DNA of 64,000 bases. It comes from Octopus vulgaris (Eukaryota). Position numbers and translations under genes: made by a program. The number at the start of each line of letters is the position of its first letter. The first letter of the stretch is position 1. The notes under the pieces are model-generated. The model was not told the origin of the DNA, did no database searches, and saw only the letters and a list, made by a program, of their open reading frames with translations. The DNA is taken from the NCBI GenBank assembly GCA_951406725.2, contig OX597816.1:85312001-85376000 (forward strand). Direction: 5' to 3'. This document shows positions 1 to 14,177 of the stretch, piece after piece.

Positions 1-175
1 AATTTTTACTATTTTACCTAATTGTGCGTTACATATTTTATTGAATCTATGTTATTTTTATCTATTCTAACATTATAGACGTCTTTTAACTAAAGTTTCA
101 TAAGTAAGACTAGCATGTTTCTGGCTTTTAGAAATCCGGTGGGTTATACTGGAGGCCTTTTCTCCTGCAGTAAAC

Positions 176-581
176 ATGTTTATAGTAGCCGGCCAGTTGT
201 AACGAGAACTGTTTAAGTTTAAAGGAACTCGAAGTTCTGAATGTCAGTGTATCATGCTTTTGTCATTTGATAAATTACACGCTCGCACGCTCAAACACAC
301 ACATACTCTCTCTCGCGCGCGCGTACACACATATAAATATTTTATATATACTCTTTACTCTCTTTTACTATTTTACTCTTTTACTTGTTTCAGTCATTTG
401 ACCGCGGCCATGCTGGAGCACCGTCTTTAGTCGAGCAAATCGACCCCGGGACTTCTTCTTTGTAAGCCCAGTACTTGTTCTATCGGTTTCTTTTGCCGAT
501 CCGCTAAATGACGGGGACGTAAACACACTAGCATCGGTTGTCAAGCAATGCAAGGGGACAAACACAGAGACACAATCACAC

Positions 582-629
<48 letters not shown>

Positions 630-864
630 ATATATATATACATATATACGACAGGCTTCTTTCAGTTTCCGTCTACCAGATCCACTCACAAGGCATTGGT
701 CGGCTCGGAGCTATAGCAGAAGACACTTACCCAAGATGCCACGCAGTGGGACTGAACCCGCAACCATGCGGTTGGTTAGCAAGCTACTTACCACACAGCC
801 ACTCCTGCGCCTATACACTGACAAGCATATGCACATACATACGAATATAGATATAACTATGTAC

Positions 865-916
<52 letters not shown>

Positions 917-1260
917 GTATATGCATGTATAGATATGCAAAAATGAATTAGCGCAATAGTGTCTGATAGAAATACTCAGGACCTTCGCATTTAAGACCTC
1001 AGAACAACACTAACTGAAAGACAGTACCCAGCCTGACTTATAAATAATGGAATTAAGCGTGCTAAGAATTTAGACATTAAAACACTAAAACACATATTTA
1101 TATGTGTGTACGCGCGCGCGAGAGAGAGAGTATGTGTGTGTTTGTGCGTGCGAGTGTGTGATTTATCAAATGACAAAAGTATGATACACTGACATTCAGA
1201 ACTTCGAGTTCCTTTAAACTTATACAGTTCTCGTTACATCTGGTCGGCTACTATAAACAT
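176..1260. repeat. Inverted repeat pair (arms 176-340 and 1094-1260, ~165 bp) bracketing a SINE
   Basis: atgtttatagtagccggccagttgtaacgagaactg...cgcgcgcgtacacacatataaatat (176-340) is the reverse complement of 1094-1260 with scattered mismatches. Confidence 0.9.
351..871 (-). mobile_element. tRNA-derived SINE, family A (full length, internal (TA)n)
   Basis: Minus strand starts aggcgcaggagtggctgtgtggtaag with A box TGGCTGTGTGG and B-box-like GGTTCAGTCCC. It ends ctccagcatggccgcggtcaaatgactgaaacaagtaaaaga plus short repeats. Similar copies at 23491, 42623, 54516 and 37443. Confidence 0.9.
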
Positions 1261-1812
1261 AACACCATTCCTCATCTCATAACACAACTGTATATATCAA
1301 CTCAAAACTCTAGAAACAATGAGATATACAACACTAGAGTACTAATTTCACTAGAGATCCAAAAATGCATAACATTCTAAAAGCACATAAATTCATCAAA
1401 CGCAAAAGGCAACACAAGTTGCTAAAAAGACTTCTAACGAATACCTAGCTTTACACCATAACTACGAAACCAACGGTTAAAAAATGGAGGGTTCTTTCAA
1501 ACAAGAACAGAAGTTCACAATTAAAGCCAACTTCACTCGTGTTTCCGAGAATCTAATTTATGCTATAACTTGCTCAGGTTGTGGACATACTTTATAGGAT
1601 AGACTAGTATGACACTGAGACGGAAAACCACATTATATAAAGTACAGATCCGCCTCCTGCAAAACAGACAGTTTTCTTTGAGTGAATACATAGAGAGATG
1701 ATCAGGTAATATCCAACCTATCTACCAGTGCAAAGAAACAATTTATGTTCTAGAACGTTGAAATAAAGAAAGTTTGTTCATCGAAAAATACATAACATGT
1801 CTAAACACATAA
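1261..1812 (+). pseudogene. Penelope-like element, decayed RT-linker and GIY-YIG endonuclease fragment
   Basis: Manual translation with stops and frameshifts: FTIKANFTRVSENLIYAITCSGCGH-(Y)IG*TSMTLRRK...NKESLFIEKYITCLNT*. This matches the PLE C-terminal GIY-YIG pattern (NxIYxIxCxxC...YIGxT...ExxFIxxxxxxLN). Confidence 0.8.
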
Positions 1813-1914
1813 GCAACTATGACCTCAGCATATATTTTAATTCATGATAACATGCGTATCACTGAACGTATTTCTTTTCACCACTTTCTGTTTTGAGATT
1901 TTGTAAATATTTAT

Positions 1915-1980
1915 CCCCTCCCCGAAAGACGAACAATTACTTCTGTCGTGATTAGCGGAAGCGAAACCGGTGGACAAATA
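1915..1980 (+). ncRNA. Decayed hammerhead-ribozyme-like motif in the PLE 3' region
   Basis: ccCGAAAGAcg...gcGAAAccggTgg: degenerate CUGAnGA, GAAA and palindromic stem III ccgg, about 110 nt after the GIY-YIG stop. Confidence 0.4.
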
Positions 1981-2781
1981 CAATATAAAATATAAATAAA
2001 AAATATACTATATGTATGTAAAGTGTGTGCATTTTTTCTTCTTTAAATTTATATAAACTTTTTGGATTTCAACTGACAAAGTGGGGATAATCGAAATTCC
2101 TCCCTTTGTGTTACTGTACATATATGCACAGACATATATGTACTTATGTATTTATACATTTATTAGAATTTTTTTTATAAATATATGTCCACTCATTTAT
2201 TAGAATAATGCTTTCTAAAGAAATACAAGGTGTCTATTTTGAAGTAATAAAAAAGAGTAAAGTGGACTTGTAATTATTTTGGTAACAGATTAATTCGTCT
2301 ACTGTTTGAATGGTAATACTATTTGTCATAAACAGTATTTCCCAATATATCGGTAAATTGCAACAAAGGAAATGTGTAAAATACAACATACAGGCAGCTG
2401 GTGTAAGAGAATGCAAATAAGTCGTTAAATGCCCAAACTATAGGAAAGCAAGCATGAATGAAAACACCAGAGATCAAAGAATAAAAGTAGGTATATGTAA
2501 AATTTGTATCAAATCATATAATGTTTTGTCCGTATCATATAGAAATTAAAGTGAGAGTGCGATGATTGTAACTATTTTTTGGACATAGTATATTCTGTAT
2601 ATGCTATCATCTTTTCACCAATATTAAATCAAAGAGAATTGTCTTTTGTGTGAAGGTGAATAAAATATTTCATAGAAACACGAACAGATTCGCATAAATT
2701 ATATATTGGCGCACATGTGAACATGTGTATGTATGTATACAAAACACAAGCATACGTTTGGGTGTGAGTGTATTTGTACAT

Positions 2782-2825
<44 letters not shown>

Positions 2826-3849
2826 GGGTGTGTGCATATATGTTTTCTATTTATCGGACTATCGATATATATATATATATATATATACATACATATATAT
2901 ATAATAGATTTATACAGGAATAGTACCTAAGAACGTACATAAAGACAAGTATCACACACACACAAACGACCACACGTACATATGCACACATACACATATG
3001 TATGTATGTACGTATATATATATATATATATACATGATTTGTCTCGGAAATGTCATTCAGAGACTAAGGGATACAATTTTTTGGTGTACTATTTCTTCCG
3101 TTCTTTGAAATCGTATACATATATGTATGTGTGTGTTTGTGTGTGTGTGTGTGTATGTGTGTGTGTGAGTGTGTGTGTATGTGTGTGTGTGTGTGAGTGT
3201 GTGCATGTGTATGTGTGTGTATAAATGCGTATGCAAGCGATAGAAAGTGGCACTCGTCTCATTTGCTAGGAGTTATATGTTTCTCATAACACCTCGGTTC
3301 ACTTTCCTGAATTACTGGTTTCGTGGGCGAGTAGGATGTGTCCTTCAAATATCAGAAGAGTTTTCTAATATCTAATGGAATGCACGTATCCTACGCTGGC
3401 AAGAAACGTTATCATGTATGGTTATGAGTCAAACTATTATTTGTTTATAAAATGTTTAATACACATAGTGAAGGTCTCGCTTTGTCCAATAGCCAAATAA
3501 TTACGGCACATAATGAAAGTAAACTATACAACTTCCAAGGAGATCGAAATAATCCGAATCTGAATTATAGGGAAGAAACAACTAACAACAGGAGAGACCG
3601 ATGAATTGGGAATGGGGATCAGTTCAGTTTGTTTCACAGATATTTTAATTAATTGTTTTTAACTAAACTGTTTGAAACTTCGTATATTGGTGGAATGTCT
3701 CACGCAGAACACGGTTTACTTTGAACATTTTTGACAAAAATTGATATTTTAGAAGTAATTTCGTGTTAAAGTTGTATTTGTTTAATTTCAACCAATCAAC
3801 GATGTGTATACGGTTGAAGAAAGCTACTGCTGTTTGGGATAGTAATCGA

Positions 3850-4310
3850 AGAGAAACGACTTCTGGTCATCATCTACAAAAAATATCCCAGTAGCATCGA
3901 GGGACAAATGCATGGGAACTCTTTTACATAAGACAACGGAATTCATCTATAAACTTAGATGGCGTGCTTTCTTTGATGATAATAAATTAAAAGAAACCGT
4001 AGAAAAAGATAATTACTTGAAATCTTATAAAAACTCTCCATCTAACCCGGCTCTCATGAACTTCAAGAAGGACCTAATTAATCTTATAAAAATATTTTTA
4101 AATTTCAACTAACTCCTTTCAGAGTAAACTATCGGAAAAAATTACAAAATTCAAATCATCACCAGATCTACACGTATTATCTGATAACTCTGGAAACATC
4201 TATTCTGTGCCTATAGGCACCTATAATAAGCTAGTACTTAAGGAACTGACCGCCAAATATAAACGCGCCAAACAATCTACTATGGATGATATTAATGATA
4301 AACATTAATA
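3850..4310 (+). pseudogene. Penelope-like element (Naiad-type) N-terminal/pre-RT fragment
   Basis: ORF 3912-4112 LLHKTTEFIYKLRWRAFF...NPALMNFKKDLINLIK continues FQSKLSEKITKFKSSPDLHVLSDNSGNIYSV...YNKLVLKELTAKYK, the typical PLE RWKAFF and (A)DKTxNIY region. Confidence 0.75.
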
Positions 4311-5962
4311 TAAGAAGAACTGGAAATATAAAGAAGAACTTTTCAGTAGAGAGTACAAACCACTACTGAACACAATAAAATATTCCACCACACAATAACG
4401 GGATTCTCTCTTTGCAATTTTACAAAAAATATGCATATATCCAAATAAAAGAGGGAGACACCCATACTTTCAATTATTCGATCGATGAAGAGAAGAACAA
4501 CCCTCGGGGGTACACTACTACTTAACTAATCCTTCTCTACCAACGTATATGTGAATTTAAATAGTTGAGTAGTGTAGATATCCATGTGTGTGTAGATATA
4601 TATAAGTGTGTACGTATGAACTAGAAAATATATGTGTGTATGTGTACGTATATATTTGTGTGTGCATGCGTATGTATATATATATATACATATGTATATG
4701 TGTGTGTTTGTATATCTATATATTTATGTTAACAAGAAATCTTTAAAAAAATCTCCCCACCAAAGTTAACAAAATATATGCTAGATCTACAATCTAAACT
4801 GTTAGATTATATTATTAAATAATGAAAGTGATTAGAACTACCAGAGAAGTCATTATCTTCCTTAATCCTTATATATATATATATTACCAGTTAAGAAATG
4901 CTATTCTTTACTGTCTGTGCTTCCTAATTCGAAAGGTCTAGTCTTGTTTTTCTTTCAATTTTCTTCACTTTCTTGTGTTTTTATGATACCCTTTTTAGTT
5001 GTTTGTTCTGCTTCTTCTGTTTATTCGTCATTTGAATTTTAATTGGTATATGAAATGTTGTGGAGCATTTCTCTTGTGCTTTGCAGAAATATAGATCGGA
5101 AGGGAATTTTGTACAAAATTCGTAGTTTAAACACCCAATAATGAGTTGTATTTACTTATTTTATAGTGATTTCCTTTTTACAGTTCCTATATTTTTGCTT
5201 TGTATTACCTAATTATGTTTGGTTTTAAAAATATGATTCTTCTATGTATGTATAAACTTATTTCTCCATGTAAGTGAATTCGCGGTTGTAGAATTTGCGC
5301 AAGGGAATTGTATTACATATATGTGTTTTGATTCATGTATGTATTTTAGTGTATTGCAACAAATGATTGTATTTTTCGGATATACTTGTTGTCCTCTAAG
5401 TGTGATGACATTAGCAAGTCACTAATTTCATAAAGAGCTTTTTTCGAAGATTAATTATTTTTCAGTACAATCCTATAATAGGATCGCTTTCAATTTTCTA
5501 CTTTTGGCATTGTATATCTAGTGTGATCTGCACTATTTTTCTGCGATGCACAGGAAGCATATCATAGGGAGGGGCATGCCTAAAAATCTTTCATCGAAAA
5601 ATCATTTCCTTACAGAAAGAAAGTACAATGCAACCTTAAAAAATATTAATGAAAAAAAGAGAAAAACAGAATAAGTTGGTAGACGTGCCTAAATTACAAA
5701 AAAGTCAAAAGAAAATGAGAATGCAAGCAACTATAGTAACATCAACAGATACCATTGAATAAAATATAGTGTAGCAGATACCAAACAATAAAACGTATTA
5801 AAAAAGCACAAATATATACCTAGCTATATAATAAAATAATACATCGTTCATAACTGATCTCGCAATCTCAAAATGTTTGATTGTATACATACGACCATAC
5901 ACACTTACGCACACATGCACACATGCGCGCATGCAGACACAAACATAGACACACGCAAGACA

Positions 5963-6013
<51 letters not shown>

Positions 6014-7039
6014 GTATGTATGAATGTATGTAAGTATATATAAATACATACAGTATATTCAAAATATTTTGACGTTCAGCGACAGACCTGAATAAACAGC
6101 TTAATACTTAGACTACTGGAAAATGTTTTCAAAGTGTTAGAGACTTCAAATTTTTCCGTCGTACCTGTCTTATGAAACTTGAAATAAACGCAATTAGTTG
6201 TAATTACAGATGTAATAGAAGTAACTGACTGAATTCGTAAATTTGTAAGCATACTCCAGAATGAAGATTAAAATATATGGAAAGTAAATAAATATAATAC
6301 CTGTTATATTTACCCAGTATAGAAAAAGGATAGAATAAAACAGAGAAATATAAATATAGAGAAGCTTTGTTCAGTTAGATTCTTTCATTCTAATGAAGGC
6401 ATGAATAATGCATCAATCCTATGGCTGGAATCCAAATGAAAATAATATTGAAGCATGTTAAATTTTTTAATATGACTTTTTATGGTTGACATACATTTGA
6501 ATGAAACGCAAATAAATTGCTGTTTAAGAATGCAAATTTGGAACGCTATTAGATCTATTTCAAGAAAGTATTATTGTCTTACAGCGAAAGAAGCTAGTTC
6601 TACGTATAAAATGTGCTGTTATAAATGTATACTCAACATTAAATGGATATAAATAAAATTTAAGTGTACCATTTTCTATTATACAAATATATTACTCTTA
6701 AACAAAATTATTATGATGAGTGAGCCGAATGAAATTAATGAAGATATAAATTCTATTAAAAGAGAATGCAGTTACATTATGTTTAGTAAATAACATGGAA
6801 AATTACCCTGAGGCACTTAGTAAACCCAGGTATGTAAATATCAAGATGTGGAAAATATGTATGACGTATTTCCTGAATGTGTAAGTAAAACTGAAAAAAA
6901 ATTCCGAAAAAACATTAAGAGAAAATCCTGACTTAAAATAATGCGATATGTATAAACACCTATTTTATGTAAGGAAAAAGCAAAGGAATTAAAGTCTGCT
7001 AGCTAAATAAAAAAAATGTTTTTTTAGCTGAATAGTTAA

Positions 7040-7290
7040 GACTCATAGTTTAATGTTTAAGATGCTCGACTCCTCCTGATCGTACGATTGTGGTTTCAAT
7101 TACTACTAAGAGCGATGCGTTTTGCTCGGGAGTAAACACTTTACATCACATTGCTAGCAAAAATGAGTGATATAGTGAAGACTTGACAGGTCTCACAAGC
7201 CGGTGATGGACTGTGAGCATGTCTAAAGAAAAAAAAAAGAAGGAAACTCCTGAAGAGACGGGCCATAAGGCTACCCTCGAATTGGCTATT
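7040..7290 (+). mobile_element. Highly decayed tRNA-headed SINE
   Basis: Degenerate head (gatcgtacgattgtggtttcaatt) and gtgatggactg motif resemble the copy at 22071. Confidence 0.35.
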
Positions 7291-7494
7291 ACTTATGGAT
7301 CTAAATGACTAGTTGGGTGTGATGATACCAATATGAAATAAACGTCATTAAATAATACTTATAGGAAATACCATAATTGAACAATATTATAATGGTCTGA
7401 AGTACTAAAACAAGCTCAGAAACACTAAGCAACACATTTGAAGATGCTAACTGAAAGCTTGTATAGTAGTGAATATATGAATATATGTATATAT

Positions 7495-7536
<42 letters not shown>

Positions 7537-10105
7537 CATATATATTGTGTGTGTGTGTCCACCTATAAAAGCTGTATATTAACTTAAATAGTAACGTATA
7601 AGCTTAGGATGGTGATTTTAAAACATCAAAGTAAAATGATAGAAATTCTGTTGGATAATAATTTATCACACGTTAGACGGAAATGATAACTGTTAAAAAT
7701 AAGGATGAAGTAACTTTATTGTTCTGGTTCTGGTTAACTAAAATTTAAAAAATGAGTAAACAGTAAATGATAGTAACGAAAAGTGTAACATAAATAAGCA
7801 CAATGATTACCAAAACTTAGGGGAAAACAATGTTCAGATAGATATTTTAGTCTTAAGATTATAAGCAGCTTTTAGTCTCTTTTATTGAATAAAAATTTAG
7901 GAATTCTCAGTTTAGTATTTGAAGTAGCTTATGTAAGAAAGTTCTAGATGTAAGTCAATATGAAATATATTTTGGAAGAATGTTGTATCTTTAAATGTTA
8001 TATCTTTAAATACAGACAATATATTATAATGTGTAGCCAATAAATTTATTATAAAAGATGATAAAGATTTGTATCAATCAAATAGCTGCCGATTTGGCAA
8101 CGTAAATTCTTTAATGTGTGTTAGAGAAATGAATTGTCAATATCTGTAAGATGAGATTAATTTTGAGTGTCTTGTTAGAAATGGAAGAATACAGAATATA
8201 TTTTTTATGTAATTCCAAGGTACATGATACATATTTTGTTACCTGCTTATATTCGCAATGTGATGTTTTGCTAAAGTTAAAATTCCCAGTTTATATTAAT
8301 AGGTATGCTATTTGATAAACAATACGAATATAACCTAAATAAAAATTCTGCTTGGCTTTTCTCACATAAATAGCGCATTGGTTATATCATTTTTGAAACA
8401 TTACAATTAGTTGAGGTTGTTGCCATCTTGAAAGAGAATGACGTAGATATTATTTTTACGTAGTTTATGAGAATTATGATTATGTTGGAAAGATTTCTGT
8501 CAATATTTTTTAAAAGTGTCAAGCTTTATCAGCAAAGAACTCAACATCAGACAGCGGATTATACCAATCTAAGCCTCGGTTTCAATATGTTTTCACTAGA
8601 TACACTTCATGTGAGTACGGTATTGTTGTTACAAATCCGTTTTTAAAAGTATTAAATGCATTGCGCGAAAGAGAAAGGTATTATTTTAATATTAAAATTT
8701 GAAACTGTTTAGGAAATATTTAAACTAAAATGTTAAAATTTATATGTTAAAGCTTTTTCGTCGTTTGTAGGCTGTTTCATGTTAGTTACCTCGCGGCCCT
8801 TAAACACAAAGATAGTTGAAAGAAAAAAACATCAGTCGTGCGTTTGTGTGTATGTCTGTGTGTGTGAGAGGGAGATAGAGAGCGAGACGGGGATAGAGAG
8901 ATAGAGAAAGAATTCGGTTTATCAGTTATTTATTCATTGATCTTGCATTGTAACACAACCAAAATTTCTATGAGTTTCCTCTTCGAGCAGTTCATTTAAC
9001 GAGACCACGAATATCCGCTTAATCAGTTTCACCTGTGATCTACATTAAGGTCAATGCATACTGTGAGCATCAAACCGCATTGCTATCGACATCAAGGACA
9101 TAGTTAACGTATAAATGACTAAACTTAATATTTTTTTTATCTTTAATATCTTTAGACAATACGAAATTCGTAAGAGTGATCATGTTATAAGAGCATCACG
9201 GGACAGAGTGTTTTAATGGGGAAAATGTTGCATGTGTTTATGCATGAAATAAGCGCAGCATTTATGAAATGCAATGATATTTTAAATGCCGTGTATTTTA
9301 ATCGTTATTGCAACATCAACAGTTACATCAATACCACTTAAACCTTTCTGATTTTAAAATAAAGACACATATACATTGATTTCAATCTCCACAACTATAA
9401 TACTTTCAGGTTTTATAGTTGTTTTATAGCAAGCATAATATCAACTCAAATATGACAACCTTAAACTATGGTGAAAAAGTAGTAATAATGCACCTAGCGA
9501 ATACGTAAACAACCTAAATTCACAGAAACAAGGCAATAACCAATTTTCCACTAATAGTGTCAAAGGAAATGACCTAGAAGCCATTCAATTATCAAGTAAT
9601 TTCAAATTCAAATTGATGAATTGTGATTTATACAGCTGATGACGTCCATTTCCATCAAATCGTAGATAGAAATAGGTAAAATATGTGAATAAGCCGTTTG
9701 AGCAACAGATTCTTCTGTAAATTCCAAACTGTGAGAGATTTATCGAGTCATCTGTATAAAGTAACTTGAACAGAAAAGAATTTACATTGGAAACTTGTTT
9801 TTTTTAACCCAAAGTAACAAACAGTATGCAGATGTATCCTCCGTTGTCACGTGCACAAAAGATCCAAATATTAGCTAAAATGGTAAACATTCTACGCATA
9901 AAGTTCGATCTAATGTCCTAGTGCTACCATGAGAATAAACGTCATCTCACATGTAACTGGTAATAAAAAGTAAGAAATGAGCTGCAAAGCAGTCGGAAAC
10001 TAACATACGCCATATATTCATTCAAACACAGAGATATCTTTTCCTTGTAGCCATTAGTATGTTTCTTAAGAAGTGTTTGACAATGCGATCTGATCACTCT
10101 TGCTC

Positions 10106-10178
<73 letters not shown>

Positions 10179-10262
10179 CATACAGACAGACAAACGGACA
10201 GACAGGCAGAAGAGTACTTATATCTATCTATATATACGCATCTACCTATATATATATATATA

Positions 10263-11088
10263 CTAGCAGCATAGCCCGGCGTTGCCCGGGTATGTAAGAG
10301 CCCCTAGTAGGCAACGACTAATCCCAATCTAGTCCTTTCCCTATAGGGAACGAAGGTGCATGTGTAGGTTGCAATGTCTTTTCTTCACACGAATACTTAG
10401 TGTATACGATGTTCCCAGCTGTCCTTTTGTGCGAAAACATGAAACATCATTGCGCCTCGCAAGAGAGTTAAAAAGGTGGAGTTGCGTTCCCAAGACAGTA
10501 TGTGGTTTGTGTTTAATACACAAATCGGTTTGCTATGTGTGCTACATATGATTTAATTAACCGATTTTTTCCAGTAATAAAGTATCCTATTGGAATAAAA
10601 AGGGCCACATAGCTCCTTGGAGCAGACATGATGGTCGCAGTGAATTTTAAAAAAAATTCCTGCCAATTTGTGAAAGATATTGTCAAAAATATCTCATCTT
10701 GAATTTGAACGTGATTTTCTAAAATGGCATGATTTTATCGATTTTTTTCAGATGGTAAGGTATTGCATGGAAAACTAACGTCAGAATTAAGTTTCTTAGG
10801 GTAACATTAAGCTTCACCATGAGTTTGGTGAAAATCGATTGCAAGTTGCGAAAACTACAACAGAAAATGTGTTGCATATAAAAAGCTTAGATTCTCGACC
10901 CCATGTCGAATTTATCGATTTTTTCAGAACTGGGGGAACTTTTCAAAATTTTCGCTGCGTTAGTTTTGAATTATGACATTGGGCTATGTGTGTGTCAAGT
11001 TACATCAGAATCGGTTGAAAGCCGTGGTCAGGGTGAGGGTACAACCTGACAGACACACAGACAGACAACCTGCCGTTTATATATATAG

Positions 11089-11093
<5 letters not shown>
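10263..11093 (-). mobile_element. Non-autonomous Helitron
   Basis: Minus strand begins A|TCTCTCTATATATATAAA followed by a (TCTG)n-like tract. It ends with a GC hairpin cccgggcaacgccggg shortly before CTAG|T. This is the canonical TC...CTAG structure in an A/T target, with no TSD and no ORF. Confidence 0.85.
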
Positions 11094-11166
<73 letters not shown>

Positions 11167-11569
11167 GTATTTTCTGTATGTCTGTAGATATTCATTTTGG
11201 GAAGAATTTTTTAAGGCTATTTATCGTTTAACAATACGTTTTCTTAACGCTTCTTTAAAACATTTGGAAAGAGCCCGTATAGTCTGAGAGTTGGAATGCA
11301 TCTAAAAAAAAACAAGATTCTGTTAGTTTTCTACCTGCACAACCAATCGCATATCTGGTGGTAAAGCGTATACCAGCAACAACTGCATTCACAGGTATTA
11401 AGGGGATTGACATTTCATTCAAAATGTAGATTGTTGACATACTACACATAGATATTTGCCCCTTTCACTTGGCAAATATCTATGATGATTATCATTTCCA
11501 GCATAATCATATTTAAGTTGTAGATATATTATTAGAGCTAGAGCTCACTATTTATGAAATCAAACGTCA

Positions 11570-11730
11570 GAACACTACTACATTATTTACTTTATTTACA
11601 TTTGACGGATATTTGACCTTATCTTGTTCGTTGTTAACACAAGGTTTCGGCTGATATTCCCGCAAGCATTCATCAGGTGTCTTGGGGAAATTTCGAACAT
11701 GGGTTCTCATTTCTAAGGTATTCTTCGAAA
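11570..11730 (-). mobile_element. PLE terminal-repeat fragment with hammerhead-like motif (core ~11640-11680)
   Basis: Minus strand: gacacCTGATGAatgcttgcgggaatatcagccGAAAccttgtgttaacaac, followed by aataaa; stem II is imperfect. Confidence 0.55.
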
Positions 11731-12728
11731 ACTGGCCCCCTTCAAACATTCCCCCTCTTTATCTTTTTGCTAGGATAAAAATTATACTATTCATCCCACT
11801 CATCTCTTACATTTGAATAGTCTGTCGCAAAAAACTTCTAGTTTCATTATCTGACAGAATCACTCCAAAAACAAAAAGCTCTCCGAATTTCATAAAAATC
11901 CAACAGAAGCATATATCTTCTTTCAGCGATGACATTTACTCCGGTACTTGTTTAAGAAGCCCTTACCTCCCTGGGTGACTTCAACACATACATCTCTTAT
12001 AGATATTCGTATAATTCACATATGAGGACCACCAAGACTGAAACCTAATTCTTTAGAATTGGCAAAGAAAAACATCCTCTATAGACTCTAGAACTTCTAG
12101 TCTCCAAACACATCCAGTTCAAGACCTATCGTTCGCACCTATTGGATTGTCAGTCACTTGTCTAATCTTGAGTCCGTGCCATTCTGAGCTACGCTCCCAA
12201 TCTAGCCAGTTTCTATGGCAATAGAAAGGCTGCTGACGAGTAGAAATTCCGCTGTTTTAATGTTAACTATTCCTGCTCGCATATGTAATACCCGTCCGAA
12301 CTCGTCACCTACAGAATATTCTGTTACGGAGTAAGTGTCAATAAGAGATGATAACATATAACTGAAAAAATAAATAAATAAAAAATATTTTCAGACATCG
12401 CAGATTTACATTAAACTGTCAAGCTGCAATTCCAAAGATGGATTACAGTAAGTCGTCATTTGTGTAATATATTAAAATAACATACACTGTGTACAATTGG
12501 GTCCACAATATCGATATATATTTGAACATTCTAAAGTGTTATGATTCAAAATGTCGGAATATGTTAGAGTATCTAACATATTTACGTCTGTGTCAATAAT
12601 ATTGTCAATACGTTTACTTGTTTTTGTCACAAGTAACAAATCATTCCTGTGACTACATATTGCAAAATGTGTAGCAAAACTTTACTTACGTAACAATGAG
12701 AGGTTGAGCAACACGTTTTGTAATGCAT

Positions 12729-12880
12729 TGGTTTAAAATTTTGGCACAAGGCCGGCATATTTGGAAAAGAGGCGCATCGATTACAGCGATCCCAGTACTT
12801 AGCAGATATTTATTTTATCGACCCGCATGGATGGAAGGCAAAATCGACCTCGGTGGAATTTCAATTCAGAATTTGAATAC
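12729..12880 (-). mobile_element. SINE family B (Meta-domain), diverged partial copy
   Basis: ttttggcacaagg...ttttatcgacccgcatggatggaaggcaaaatcgacctcggtggaattt matches the copies at 29985 and 59401. Confidence 0.75.
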
Positions 12881-14026
12881 AGGACTTCACACTCTCTTTA
12901 ATTGTGGCTGCCTTTTGCCTATCTTTCTTCCCACTTTGCCCGACAGTTTGCCGTCGTCTCTGCTCCTTATTCATGAGTATCTTATTTTAGGAAGTCAGGA
13001 AAGGGTTAGACGAGACTATGAAAGTAGACCATATTTGTCACCTCTGACACTGGGAAATAAATGTTATTTTCACTACGTTTGAGTTGTCACTGATTGTCGG
13101 ATTTTTGGAGAGGTTATTGTTCAGGTGATTGTCATTTTGAACGACTTTTCTTCCTAATTCTCCACGTGGTATGTGAAGAACATCCACACAATAACAAACA
13201 TCACTGCAATTTTTTCCTCCTGTATACATTACATAATCTCATTTCAACTATTGCGCCACAAGATTATGTGCAGATGTGTGCCTCAGGTCTTCTATTTACT
13301 CTAGTGTCGCGCCTATAGTTTTGAAAACTATGTATATCATTTTTTATATACACAGTTCATTCGTTGGAAACGAAATAATTCAACACAGTGGCCACAGTTT
13401 TGTAACCGACACGTTTGAGTGTCAATAGTAATAGTAAAGGTACCGTTTTCTTCCACAAAATCTTTAACCAAATACTTTGAAATTCTTAACACATTTTCTT
13501 ATTTTGGAATATCGACTAGTATTCTGATATATTTTCGGCAGTGAACAATAACAAAACTGGCGTTATTACTGCTGTTGTTGAATATGTTTTTATTAGGTTG
13601 ATTGTGTTGTAGTCAAGAAGTCGTTGTTGATAAATGTATACATTTATAGAATTGTCATTTGTTACTATCTATTTCAAAATATTAACGTCTATGCTGGAAT
13701 ATGTGTCTGCTTGTAAAATTTACATTGTTTTATTCTATTTGTTTCATTGTAATAAAAGTTCTATTCGAAAGGAATAATACATGCTGAAACACAAGTAATG
13801 TTTACAGAATATTACAATATTCAAGTGCAAACATTATTTATCTGCAGTAAGTAAAATGTTGTGAACACTGAAAAGTTCCAATGCCTTGTGTTGCTAAAAT
13901 AGTTTGAAAAATAAAAACATTCATTCGTAGAATTTGAAAATAATCCAATTAACTTGGGGCTGTCATTAGTGAAGTCTACTTAAGCCAAAAATTCATCACA
14001 GCAATAACAAAAGGAAATCAACACCA

Positions 14027-14049
14027 TTACTACTACTACTACAACTACA

Positions 14050-14092
<43 letters not shown>

Positions 14093-14094
14093 AA

Positions 14095-14177
<83 letters not shown>

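Noticed and set aside
2340-2600. Possible zinc-knuckle LINE ORF1 relic (RKCVKYN...RECK*VVKCPN); similar hints at ~5300-5420 (-) and 13038-13330 (-)
   Set aside because: Cys/His spacing is broken and cannot be distinguished from chance by eye
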